Below are positions 27,881 to 40,792 of a DNA stretch of 64,000 nucleotides, one piece after another; the stretch's first letter is position 1, and each line of letters begins with the position of its first letter. The translations under genes were made by a program, and so were the position numbers. The notes beneath the pieces were generated by a model. It made no database searches. It worked only from the letters and a program-made list of their open reading frames with translations, and had not been told where the DNA came from. Source of the stretch: Octopus vulgaris. Taxonomy: Eukaryota. The stretch covers positions 11,098,001 to 11,162,000 of the forward strand of contig OX597841.1 of NCBI GenBank assembly GCA_951406725.2, read 5' to 3'.

Positions 27881-28101
27881 AATAATGATAATAATAATAA
27901 TCTTTTCTACCATAGGTACAAAGCCAACCTCAGTGGAATTTGAACTCAGAATTCGCTAATGATTCTGCCTCAATAATAATAATAATAATAAGGAGGAGGA
28001 GGAGGAGTCAGTCTAAATATGAAGTTTTCTGCATCTAAGATGAAGTTAATGTGTCGTCTCTTGTTGTTTCACTTGTATCTCCCCCCCCTTGCCTTTTGCA
28101 G

Positions 28102-28250
28102 CCAGTTGGGGCCGTTGATAGCGAAGCGCAGGACACCCCGCATCCAAGAGCAGTACTCCAAGATAGGTGGAGGGTCCCCTATCAAACACTGGACCTCCAT
28201 TCAGGGACAGAGAATGGTGGAGCTGTTAGACAGAATCAGTCCTCAAACAG
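28102..28250 (+). CDS. FECH: Ferrochelatase exon [49 protein letters not shown]
   Basis: ttttgcag| ... G|gtcagt, 149 nt, phase 2 to 1. Conserved IAKRRTP..QEQY..IGGGSPI..WT. Confidence 0.97.
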
Positions 28251-28403
28251 GTCAGTCAACCCTCTCACACTCATCTGATTGTGTTTCGGGGTGGTGGCCA
28301 CGTATTTTGTTTATTTCTTTTTTTTTTTTTTTATTTTGTTTCTTTTGTTTCTCACATCTGTCCTCTGTGTACTCTCTCTTCCTCTCTTTCTTTCTCTTTC
28401 CCT

Positions 28404-28444
<41 letters not shown>

Positions 28445-29466
28445 GCCATCATCATTTCACATCCGTTGTCCATGCTGGCATGGGTTGGACGGTTTGACCA
28501 GGGCTGGCAAGGCTGGAAGGCTGCACCAGGTTCCAGTCTGATTTGGCTTGGTTCTCTATTGCTGGATGCCCTTCCTAATGCCAACCACTTTACAGAGTGT
28601 AATGGGGGCTTTTATGCGCACCCAGCGGCACAGGTGCCATTTGCGTGACACCAGTATCTGCCATGACTGCGATTTCCCTTGGCTCGATGGATCTTCTTAA
28701 GTACGTCGCATTGCCAAATGTCGTGGTCATTTGTTATTGCCTCCGTGAAGCCCAATTCTTGAAATGTGCCCTTTTATGTGCCACCAGCACAGCTGTTAGG
28801 TACATGACCCCTGCACCGGCCACATTACCTCCATAAGGCCCAACACTCAAAAGGTAACTACCACGACCCTGATTTCATTTGACTTGATGAATCTTTTTCT
28901 CAAGCAACGCTTATTGCCATATAAGAAATGGTGAGAGAGTAAAAATTCTTTTCTACTCTAGGCACAAGGCCTGAAATTTTGGGGGAAGGAGCCAGTCAAT
29001 TACATTGACCCCAGTATGCAGCTGGTACTTAATTTATTTGAAGGCGGCGAGCTGGCAGAAACGTTAGCACGCCGGGCGAAATGCGTAGCCATATTTCGTC
29101 TGTCATTACGTTCTGAGTTCAAATTCTGCCAGGGTCGACTTTGCCTTTCATCCTTTCAAGGTCGATAAGTTAAATACCAGTTACGCACTGGGGTCGATGT
29201 AATCGACTTAATACCTATGTCTGTCCTTGTTTGTCCCCTCTATGTTTAGCCCATTGTGGGTGATAAAGAAATAGGTACTTAATTTATTGACCCCAAAAGG
29301 ATGAAAGGCAAAGCCGACCTTGGCAGAATTTGAACCCAGAACATAAAGACAAACATACTGCTAAGCATTTCACCCAGGGTGCTTACGATTCTGTTAGCTC
29401 GTAGCCTTAGAGAATAAAAAAATTTTAACATGATCTTCATTATGTTACAAGTTGTATGACCTTTAA

Positions 29467-29688
29467 CCCATTTGATACCATCCTGGCTAAAACCACCTCT
29501 GACTCTGTGGTACAAATGTCTTATTTTCAAAAATTCTCAATCAAAATCTTCCACCAAACCTTAGTCACAGTTTATGTTCCTGACACTAGCTTAATGATAA
29601 CTAAGTTATTTTACTAAATTCTTTGTTATATTTAAAATTAATTGATAGAAACACAGAGCATCTCGACAGAAATATGGTAACAAAAGGG
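29467..29688. mobile_element. piggyBac-like MITE (TTAA target site, CCC...GGG termini)
   Basis: TTAA|CCCATTTGATACC...GGTAACAAAAGGG|TTAA. Copies at 51304-51499 and 51649-51870, partial copies at about 19362-19580 and 45244-45420. Confidence 0.8.
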
Positions 29689-31098
29689 TTAAGAAGAAAA
29701 ATATTCCGTAGAAGAAATGGGGGAAGGAGACCTCAATGTGGTCCCTCTATATGCTAGAAATAATAGCCTAAATATAGTAAGAAGAGGGTTAAGAAGAAGA
29801 ATAATCAGCAGAAGAAATGAGGGAAGGAGACCTCAATGTGGTAACTCTATATGCTAGAAATAATAGCCTAAATATGGTAACAAAAGGGTTAAGAAGAAAA
29901 ATAATGAGCAGAAGAAATGAGGAAGGAGACCTCAATGTGGTCCCTCTATATGCTAGAAATAATAGCCTAAATATGGTAACAAAAGGGTTAAGAAGAAAAA
30001 TAATCAGCAGAAGACATGAGAGAAGGAGACCTCAATGTGGTAACTCTATATGCTAGAAATAACAGCCTAAATTTCCTTCCGTCCATCTGCCCCAATGTAG
30101 AGGTGGGTTTAACTGAAACTGCCTCTGGTTCTGTAGTACAAATGGATCTTATATAGCAATATATATCTTTTATCTTTTGCTTGTTTCAGTCATTAGACTG
30201 TGGCCATGCTGGGGCACTGGCTTCAAGTATTTTTAGTTCAAGGATTGACCCCAGCACTCATTTTCAAGCCTGTTACTTATCCTATCAGTCGCTTTTGCTG
30301 AACTGCTAAGTTATGGGGACACAAACTTACCAACACAGGTTGTCAAGTGTTGGAGATGGGCAGAAACAGACCCAAAGGCGTGCAAACATGCATCATCATC
30401 ATTTAGCGTCCGCTTTCCATGCTGGCATGGGTTGGACGGTTCAACTGGGGTCTTGGAAGCCAGGAGGCTGCACCAGGCTCCAGTCTGATCTGGCAGTGTT
30501 TCTACAGCTGGATGCCCTTCCTAATGCCAACCACTCCGTGAGTGTAGTGGGTGCTTTTTACGTGCCACCGGCACAGGTGCCAGACGGAGCTGGCAAACGG
30601 CCACGGACGGATGGTGCTTTTTACGTGCCACCGGCATGGGGCCCAGGCGAGGCTGGCAACGGCCACGATCGGATTGGTGCATTTTATGTGCCACTTGGCC
30701 ACAATTCGGATGGTGCTTTTTACGTCGGTGTACTTGACTCAATGGATCTCCTCAAGCACAGGGTTGAAATGGTGTACATATATACATATGATGGGCTTCT
30801 TTCAGTTTCCTTCTACCACAACCACAAGGCTCTAGTTGGCCTGTGGCTATAGTAGAAGACGACACTTGCCAAAGGTGCCATGCAGTGGGACTGAACCAGG
30901 AACCATGTCATTGGGAAGCAAGCTTCATACCACAAAGCCACGTCTGTGCCTATTCACACACACACACGCATTCTCTCTTCTTTGTTGCCTCCCACCACCC
31001 TCTCTCTTCTCCCACTTTCACTCTCTCTTACTGTCTCTTCTCACTCCACACTCCATCCTCAAACACTCACCGTGGGCCCTACTGCTCCTCTTTTACAG

Positions 31099-31171
31099 CT
31101 CCCCACAAATACTACGTGGGTTTCCGCTATGCACCACCCCTTGCTGAAGACTCTATCGAGGAAATGGAAAA
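31099..31171 (+). CDS. FECH: Ferrochelatase exon PHKYYVGFRYAPPLAEDSIEEME
   Basis: ttttacag| ... AA|gtaagt, 73 nt, phase 1 to 2. Conserved GFRY (human R164/Y165 equivalents). Confidence 0.96.
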
Positions 31172-32469
31172 GTAAGTGAAGCCCCTATTTAAACTTTATA
31201 TCATATAAAGACATAAAAAACAATTCAGAAACCCCTTTTAACATTTTTGAATATATATATATATACACACACACACAGAGTAACCTTTCCGTTGAGTACA
31301 TACCTATTTAAGGGCCCATCTCAAATACAGGCAAAATCATCAAGAACCCCTGGTTCAAGTCTATCAATTTCTGTATATTTCTTATTTCTTTACTACCCAC
31401 AAGGGGCTAAAAACACAGAGAGGACAGACAAATGGATTAAGTTGATTACATCGACCCCAGTGCGTAACTGGTACTTAATTTATCGACCCTGAAAGGATGA
31501 AAGGTAAAGTCGACCTCGGCGGAATTTGAACTCAGAACGTAGTGGCAGACAAAATACCTATTTCTTTACTACCCACAAGGGGCTAAGCATAGAGGGAACA
31601 AACAAGGACAGACATAGGTATTAAGTCGATTACATCGACCCCAGTGAGTAACTGGTACTTAATTTATCGACCCTGAAAGGATGAAAGGTAAAGTCAACCT
31701 TGGCGGAATTTGAACTCAGAACGTAGCTGCAGACGAAATACCTATTTCTTTACTACCCACAAGGGGCTAAACACAGAGGGGACAAACAAGGATAAAGGGA
31801 TTAAATCGATTACATCGACCCCAGTGCGTAACTGGTACTTAATTTATCGACCCTGAAAGGATGAAAGGCAAAGTCGACCTCGGCGGAATTTGAACTCAGA
31901 ATGTAGCGGCAGACGAAATACCGCTTAGCATTTCGTCCGGCGTGCTAACCCTTCTGCCAGCTCACGACCCTCAATATACAGAAATCTGTGTATATTTGTG
32001 ACAGTGGCCATGCCTCTAGTCAATTGAATCAACCCCATGAGTTATTCCTTTCTTTAAGCCTAGTAATTAATCGGTTGGTTTCCTTTGCCATGCCGATGAG
32101 TTAGAGGGACATAAACACACCAACACCAGTCACCAAGCAATGATGGGGGACGAACACTGACACAAACACATACACACACATGCCACATGGTCAGTAGAGA
32201 TGAGGAGGTAAGTTCTGGGATCTATGACAGCATTAGGGAGCATCGGAATCGGTAAGGAACAGCTCAAGGGATGTAATATTTTGTGATGTCGTGGAGAAAA
32301 CTGAAAGGGAAGATGGCAGACCTGATCGAAAAGCATGTGCATGCGTTGCTGTGACTGGCCACATGCACACGTTCGTGCAACTGATTTGCTGTTGGTATGT
32401 ACGCAGCAGCGATGAGGTTAAATTTGTGTACTGAAGAGGGAAATTGCTGTCTATAGGGCAAGTAGTGAA

Positions 32470-32800
32470 GAGCCCCTTCGGTCACGACACTGACCATGGG
32501 ATTGCACCCAGAAAGTTGCCCTCCCAGGCACAAGTCCGGGCAAGGCTGTTTATGGAAGACCAGCAGTCGCCCATGCATACCAGCCTCCCCACTCTACACC
32601 ACCAGTGTTATCCAAGGGAAAGGCAAAGGGGCCGATACAGCCTGCCACCTGTGACACTGCAACTCATTTCTACAGCTGTGTTAACTGGAGCAACGTGAAA
32701 TAAAGTGCCTTGCTCAAGAACACAACACGCATCTCGGTCCGGGATTCGAGCTCACAACCTCACGATCGTAAGCTCGATGCTCTAAACACTGAGCCATGTG
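32470..32800 (-). mobile_element. tRNA-derived SINE family C, second copy at about 57410-57740
   Basis: Minus strand has tggctcagtg A-box and gagctcgaatccc B-box, then gtgttcttgagcaag. Sequence is shared between both loci. Confidence 0.75.
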
Positions 32801-32837
32801 CACGCACGCACACATACACACACATATATATATGCAT

Positions 32838-32877
<40 letters not shown>

Positions 32878-33172
32878 GCATGCATACATATATATATATG
32901 TATACATACACACACACATATACATATATATGTATATATATGTATATACACACACACACACATATATATATATATATGCATACATACACACACATATATA
33001 TGCATGCATACATATATATATGCATACAGACACACACACACATATATGCATGCATACATCACACACAGATATATGCATGCATAGATATATATATAGATAT
33101 ATATATATGTATACATACACACACACACACACATATACATGCATACATATATATATGTATACATACGCACAC

Positions 33173-33209
<37 letters not shown>

Positions 33210-33501
33210 TACATACATATATATATGTATATACACACACACACACATAGACATACATATGTATACATACACGCACACATATATATATGTATGCATATAT
33301 ATGTATGCATATATATATATGCATATATATATATATGTATGTATATATATATATGTATGCATATATATATGTATATGCATATATATATATATATAGAAAA
33401 TGTACCTCAATAAACTGACGGTATGCAAAAGTGTATATTAAAGTAATGAAGATGAAAAAAAAAGAATCTTTATCCTGGCTTTGTGTCTCTTTCTGTTTCA
33501 G

Positions 33502-33670
33502 TGATGGTATCGAGAGAGCAATTGCCTTTACCCAGTACCCACAATACACCTGCTCCACAACAGGAAGTAGCCTCAATGGTATATACAAGTATTATGCACA
33601 ACGTGATGCTCCTACGAACATGCTCTGGAGTGTTATTGACCGCTGGCCTACACACCCAGGACTGGTCGAG
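33502..33670 (+). CDS. FECH: Ferrochelatase exon [56 protein letters not shown]
   Basis: tgtttcag| ... GAG|gtatga, 169 nt. FTQYPQY(S/T)CSTTGSS ferrochelatase signature with the first [2Fe-2S] Cys. Confidence 0.98.
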
Positions 33671-33859
33671 GTATGACTGCTCTACTATATAACCATGTGT
33701 GTGTGAGTGTATATGTGAGTATATATATGTGTGCATGTATGTATATATATATATATAAATACATGTTTTTGTCATTGGAAGTATGTTTATATAAATGTGT
33801 GTATGTGTGTATATAGATATAAAAAGATAAATGTATAGATAAATATGTGTAGACATGTA

Positions 33860-34556
33860 CCGTAAATCCTCGAGTATAGTCTGCCCTTGTGTTTAATACG
33901 CAGGGTATTTTTAGGGGGCTGTACCTCTGAAAAACCTAAACCTTGTGTATAATATGCACCCCTTCTCTAACTTGAGTCAAGGAGGTCTATATAATGTCTT
34001 TGGTTTGTAAAAATGTGTATGGTAATGTCCTTTATTATTATTGTATATATAACATAATGCAAACGTGTAGCTTTTTTGTGCATTTTGTTTGCAGAAAATA
34101 AAGAAAAAACTGTAATGTTAGTTAGTTAGTTAATTTTTTGGCTCAAAAAGCAAAACGCAAGGCCATGTAAGGGGACATGGAGTTATGTACAGGGTGGTGT
34201 TCATGTAAAGAGTTCAGGCCACTTGTGGTCAAGGGAGACTTTGAACCGAGCGGTCGTCGGCATCTTCACTATCTCGTCCGGCAGCTTATTCCATGGATCC
34301 GCAACCCGAATAAATTTTGATAAACTGCAAGTTATGGATGATTCTTTTATGACTTCATTGCTTTTAGGCTTAGCTTAAGGTATTTTCGCGCCCGACAACA
34401 CTAAATGCGTCTGAATAAACATTGCCGGACAGCAAATAGAGACTCGGACATTGCTTAGAAAATAATTTTCATTTTTAACTTTGTATATAGTACGCACTAG
34501 GGATTTTGACCTTTAAATTTGGGGAAAAAATGCGGATTATACTCAAGGATTTACGG
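33860..34556. mobile_element. pogo/Tigger-like MITE with TA duplication, partial second copy at about 34703-35210
   Basis: TA|CCGTAAATCCTCGAGTATAGTC...GATTATACTCAAGGATTTACGG|TA. Confidence 0.8.
34118..34310 (-). mobile_element. CR1-clade LINE 3' end nested in the MITE
   Basis: Minus strand RVADPWNKLPDEIVKMPTTARFKVSLDHKWPELFT* (WNxLP motif) plus a (TAAC)n tail. Confidence 0.8.
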
Positions 34557-35544
34557 TATATATACGTATATATAAAGTATCTCACCCTTAAAAAATTTCA
34601 GTAAAATTGCCATTACTCTGATAATATCAAAGGAAATCAAACGAAATTTATACTGAAAAAGATATAGATATATATATAGATATATATGTGTAGACATATG
34701 TACCATAAATTCTCGAGTATAGTCTGCCCTTGAGTTTAATACGCAGGGAATTTTTAGGGGGCTGTACCTCTGAAAAACCTAAACCTTGTGTATAATACGC
34801 TCCCTTTCTCTAACTTGAGTCAAGGAGATCTATATAACGTCCTTGGTTTGTAAAAATGTATACAATAACGTCCTTTATTATTATTGTATATATAACATAA
34901 TGCAAACGTGTAGCCTTTTTGTGCATTTTGTTTGCATAAAATAAAGAAATAACAGTAATAACGTTCAATAAATGTTGCTTATTGCAAGTTATGGATGATT
35001 CTTTTATGACTTCATTGCTTTCAGGCTTAGCTTAAGGTATTTTTGCACCCTTGGGTATAATACGCAGAGGATTTTTAGGGGTCTGTACCTCTGGAAAACC
35101 TAAACCTGGTGTATAATACGCACCCCTTCTCTGACTTGAGTCAAGGAGGTCTATATAACGTCCTTGGTTTGTAGAAATGTGTACGGTAGCATCCTTTATT
35201 ATTATTGTAATGCCAGCATTTTCAAAGATATGAACAAAATATTAATTTTCAAAAGTTACAAAACTGTGTGTCCTGTTACTTGTATGATCCAAGAGAACCA
35301 GCCCAGACCTCTTTGGCCATGTTGCTCGATTTTCTGAGTTGGATCCTGTTTTCTTTATTGAGGATCCGACTGGGTTAATAATGGCTGATGTTGGTCAACC
35401 AGATGCCATAGTGTAATGAGAGATGCGAACTGACTGGGAGTCTGATAGGTTGCCTGGAAGGAGCCGGGAATATACTAAAAAATAGTGAATGCAATAAGGT
35501 GCTGCAGTGGTACGTACCCCACCACACCTGACCTAGGAGCAGCA

Positions 35545-35905
35545 GCAGCACGGACTTGCAGTCGGAGGATCGAGGTTTCGATTCCCAGACCGGGCGTTGC
35601 ATGTGTTTATTGAGCGAAAACACCTAAAGCTCCACGAGGCTCCGGCAGGGGGTGGTGGCGACCCCTGTTGTACTCTTTCGCTCCAACTTTCTCTCACTCT
35701 TTCTTCCTGTTTCTTGTCCCCGACTTCCTACGCAACCGCTGAGCCTGGATGTGCATTCATCCATCCGTTGATGCTCTCGGTGTCGGCGGGGTTGACCTGC
35801 TCTCTCTTCTGCGGGTCTTACGAATAGCAAAGGACCACGTTTCGGACTTCTCCCACTACAGCTGGGACGAAGGCCGCTTCTCTCACCAAACAAACAAACA
35901 AACAA
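35545..35905 (+). mobile_element. tRNA-derived SINE (5' truncated) with (CAAA)n tail
   Basis: ggacttgcagtc...ggtttcgattccc tRNA-like segment and caaacaaacaaac tail. Confidence 0.6.
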
Positions 35906-37927
35906 GCAGCAGCAGCATTTAAGATTAGCTTCGGCTAACATCAGATAAGGGAGATGACCAGCTTGCCCCCCTTAGTGTATGACACTATAAAGACAACTCA
36001 AAACGCTTGCATACATACAGACCCCGCCCCCCCCCTTGCGTCATTACCAACATGAGAAAAAATTCTTGAGAAGATATTCCTCACTCAGGTCAATGCAGTC
36101 GACTTAATCCCTTCTCTCAACTTCGAGGTCTTGATCTTCCAGCAGGAAAGATTATCATCAAGGTGGGAAGCTGGCCGGACCATTAGCACACCGGTCAAAA
36201 TGCTTAGTGGTATTTTGTCTGCTGTTATGTTCCGAGTTCAAGTTCCGCCAAGGTTGACTTTTCCTTTCATCCTTTTGGGGTTGATAAAAATCAAGTACCA
36301 GTACGCACTGAGGTCAATATAATCAATTACCCATCCCCACCCCCGCCAATTTCAGATCTTGTGCCTATGGTTGAAAGGATTATTATTATTGTAGGTGGTG
36401 AACTGGCAGAGTTGTTAGCATGCTGGGCGAAATGCTTAGCGAAATTTCGTCCGCCGTTATGTTCTGAGTTCAAATTCCACCAGTGTCAACTTTGCATTTC
36501 ATCCTTTCGGGGTCAATAAATTAAGTACCAGTTGTGTACTGGGGTTGATCCAGTCGGCTGGCACCCCCATCCCCCAAAATTTCGGGCCTTGTGCCTAGAG
36601 TAGAAAAGAATCAAATTAGTACCAGTCACACACTGGGGTCAATGTAATCTACTTACTCCCTTCCCCCGTATTGAGACCTTGTGCTTTCAGTAGAAAGGAA
36701 TATGGTGTCATGCACTCCGATCATACGTCTGGCCCTACATGCTTACCACAAAAACCGGAGCAGTACTATACTGCATCACAAAGAATGGGAATTTTGAGGA
36801 TTTGGGTTGTAAAATTTTTGACTGCTCCAAATCTGTCCCAGCCGGGCCAAAGGGGTCAAGTGAAAACCTTCTAGAATAGCCTCTGGCCAACCTTAGGAGT
36901 GGGTTCCATGGATAGAAACTGCAAAAAGCTCATCTCACCTGTATATCTCTCTTTACTCTTTTACTTGTTTCAGTCATTTGACTGCGGCCATGCTGGAGCA
37001 CCGCCTTTATAATCGAGCAAATCGACCTCGGGACTTATTCTTTGTAAGCCCAGTACTTATTCTATCGGTCTCTTTTGCCGAACCGCTAAGTGACGGGGAC
37101 GTAAACACACCAGCATCGGTTGTCAAGCAATGCTAGGGGGACAAACACACACACACAAGCACACACACATATATATATATATACATATATACGACAGGCT
37201 TCTTTCAGTTTCCGTCTGCCAAATCCACTCACAAGGCTTTGGTCGGCCCGGGGATATAGCAGAGGACACTTGCCCAAGATGCCACGCAGTGGGACTGAAC
37301 CCGGAACCATGTGGTTGGTTAGCAAGCTACTTACCACACAGCCACTCCTGCGCCTATCTGTGTGCTTTTACTCTTTTATTTATTTGAGTCATATGACTGC
37401 GGCCATGCTGGAGCAATGCCTAGACGGTTCTTAGCTGAACAAATTTACCCCAGGACGTATTTTTATTGACTAGTACTTATTCTGTCAGTCCCTTTTGCTG
37501 AGCCACTAATGTTACAGGGACGTAAACACACCAGCACCGGTTGTCTAGTGATGATGGCGGGACAGACACAAAGTCACACATACAGATATGGATGTATGTA
37601 TATATACATATATACACGCATACATACACAACGGGCTTCTTTCAGTTTTCGTCTACCAAATCCACTCACAAGGCTTTGGTTGGTCTGAGACGCTCTAGTA
37701 GAAGACACCTACCCAGGGTGCCACGCAGTGGGACTGAACCTGGAACCATGTGGTTGGGAAGCAAGCTACTTACCACACAGCCCACACCTGTGCCTACACA
37801 TACATATCTTAATTTTCGCATTTGGTTATTAACTAATCTTTTATCTTCTTCTTCTCTTGACCCCTCTCCCCCCCAATCTATCACCACACCCATCTCTCCC
37901 CTCCTTCCTCTCCCCACTACCCTACAG

Positions 37928-38026
37928 GCTGTGGCAGACAACATCAAAGATGCCTTACAACAATTCTCTCCTGATGTTCAAAGTGATGTTGTTATTCTTT
38001 TCTCAGCACATTCCTTACCACTCAAG
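37928..38026 (+). CDS. FECH: Ferrochelatase exon AVADNIKDALQQFSPDVQSDVVILFSAHSLPLK (catalytic His)
   Basis: ccctacag| ... AAG|gtaaac, 99 nt, phase 0/0. ILFSAHSLP motif. Confidence 0.98.
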
Positions 38027-38143
38027 GTAAACTTTGCCACTTTTTTTATATTAAAGTGTGTGTGTGTGTATGAGAATGACTGTGAATGTATGTGTATATA
38101 TGTGTGTGAATGTGTGCATAGTTGTGAGTGTGTGTGTGTCTGA

Positions 38144-38183
<40 letters not shown>

Positions 38184-38239
38184 CGGAGATGTTCTCGCAT
38201 AGCAAGTGATTTGATCTGAGATCGTGTGCTGGAACGAAA

Positions 38240-38520
38240 ACAATTGCAGCGTGGAAGGTGTTTGTAAGCCATTTAAGAAACACACAAAAGCCGTTCGATT
38301 CACTTCAACATTTAAGTTTAATTTGTCAAAATATTTTCGTCGTTAAAATCCGCAACCTGTTCACTGACAAAAATCCGTGCTGCAGATTTTTGTCAGTGAA
38401 CAGGTTGCGGATTTTAGCGACGAAAATATTTTGATAAATTAAACTTAACTGTTGAAGTGAATCGAACGGCTTTTGTGTGTTTCTTAAATGGCTTACAAAC
38501 ACCTTCCACGCTGCAATTGT
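38240..38520. repeat. Near-perfect 136-bp inverted repeat (hairpin), Penelope-like terminus, between (TA)n tracts
   Basis: 38240-38375 is the reverse complement of 38385-38520 with few mismatches and a 9-nt loop. Confidence 0.92.
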
Positions 38521-38724
38521 ATATATATATATATACACTTTATTTAAAGCAGCAGAAAATACAACAAAACCTGTTACTCTGAGTACTGAAACAGGTAAAA
38601 GAGTACAGAGAGATATACAGATGAGATGAGCTTTTTTCTGCTGCTTTAAATAAAGCATATTACTCTACCACTGGTATTTGAGTACTCTTTTTTCCACCTT
38701 GTTTCACATTTATGTGTTTACTCC

Positions 38725-38770
<46 letters not shown>

Positions 38771-39659
38771 TATATGTATGTATATATGTATGTATATATG
38801 TATGCATATATGTATGCATATATGTATGTATATATGTATGCATATATGTATGCATATATGTATGTATGCATATATGTATGTATGTATGTATGTATATATG
38901 TATGTATATATGTATGTATATATATGTATGTGTATATGTATATGTGTATATGTATATGTGTATATGTATATATGTGTGTATGTATATGTATATATATATG
39001 TATGTATATATATGTGTATGTATATGTATATATGTATATATATATGTGTATATATATATATGTGTATATATATATATGTGTATATATATATATGTGTATA
39101 TATATATGTGTATATGTATATATATATGTATATATATGTATATATATATATATACGAAGCCCAATATACCCATCATGACTACCCGTCTGATAAGGGTACA
39201 CCAGGCACATGCATCACAACCATATGTGCGCGACATGGTGATCTCATATCAAGATAAACAGCACATGACCTTGCAGGTGGGGCCCAGTTAGAATTTTCTT
39301 TAGGTCGAGTAGCCCATCCTGCTCAAAAGGTCACTGAATAAGGGTTGTTTAAGGATGTTGAAAGAACCACCAATGTTTCCAGAGGTGAATTATTCAAACC
39401 CCAAAGAATCCCTCTCAACACGTGGCTATGATGCTCCCCCACTACTTCTGCTCGTGATCAGAGATGCACATGTCGTCAGCCACTAAGGGACATGCTCAAC
39501 TGGTTACGGTCAAACAACTGACAAGCAAATCTGTGGTATTGAGCCGAATATTTGCTGTAGCCCATCTTTTATACCAAGACAAAACAATGTACATGATAAT
39601 ACTTCTAATCAGTTAAGATCAGAAGCCATGAGAGCCACTGCCTGGTACTGCATCAGGGC

Positions 39660-39694
<35 letters not shown>

Positions 39695-39780
39695 TGGCAG
39701 AAACGTTAGCACGCTGGGCAAAATGCTTAGCAGTATTTTGTCTGTCTTTATGTTCTCAGTTCAAATTCCACTGAGGTTGA

Positions 39781-40593
<813 letters not shown>

Positions 40594-40792
40594 TGAGTGA
40601 GATTCATGACACAAACTGCACAGAAACTAAATTTGTTATGTGTATGCATGTCTGTGTGCAGGTAATATATATATGTGTATGGATGTATATATATATATAT
40701 ATGTATATGTATGTATGTATATATATGTGTATATGTGTATATATATATATGTGTATATGTATATATGTGTATATATATATGTATATATGTGT

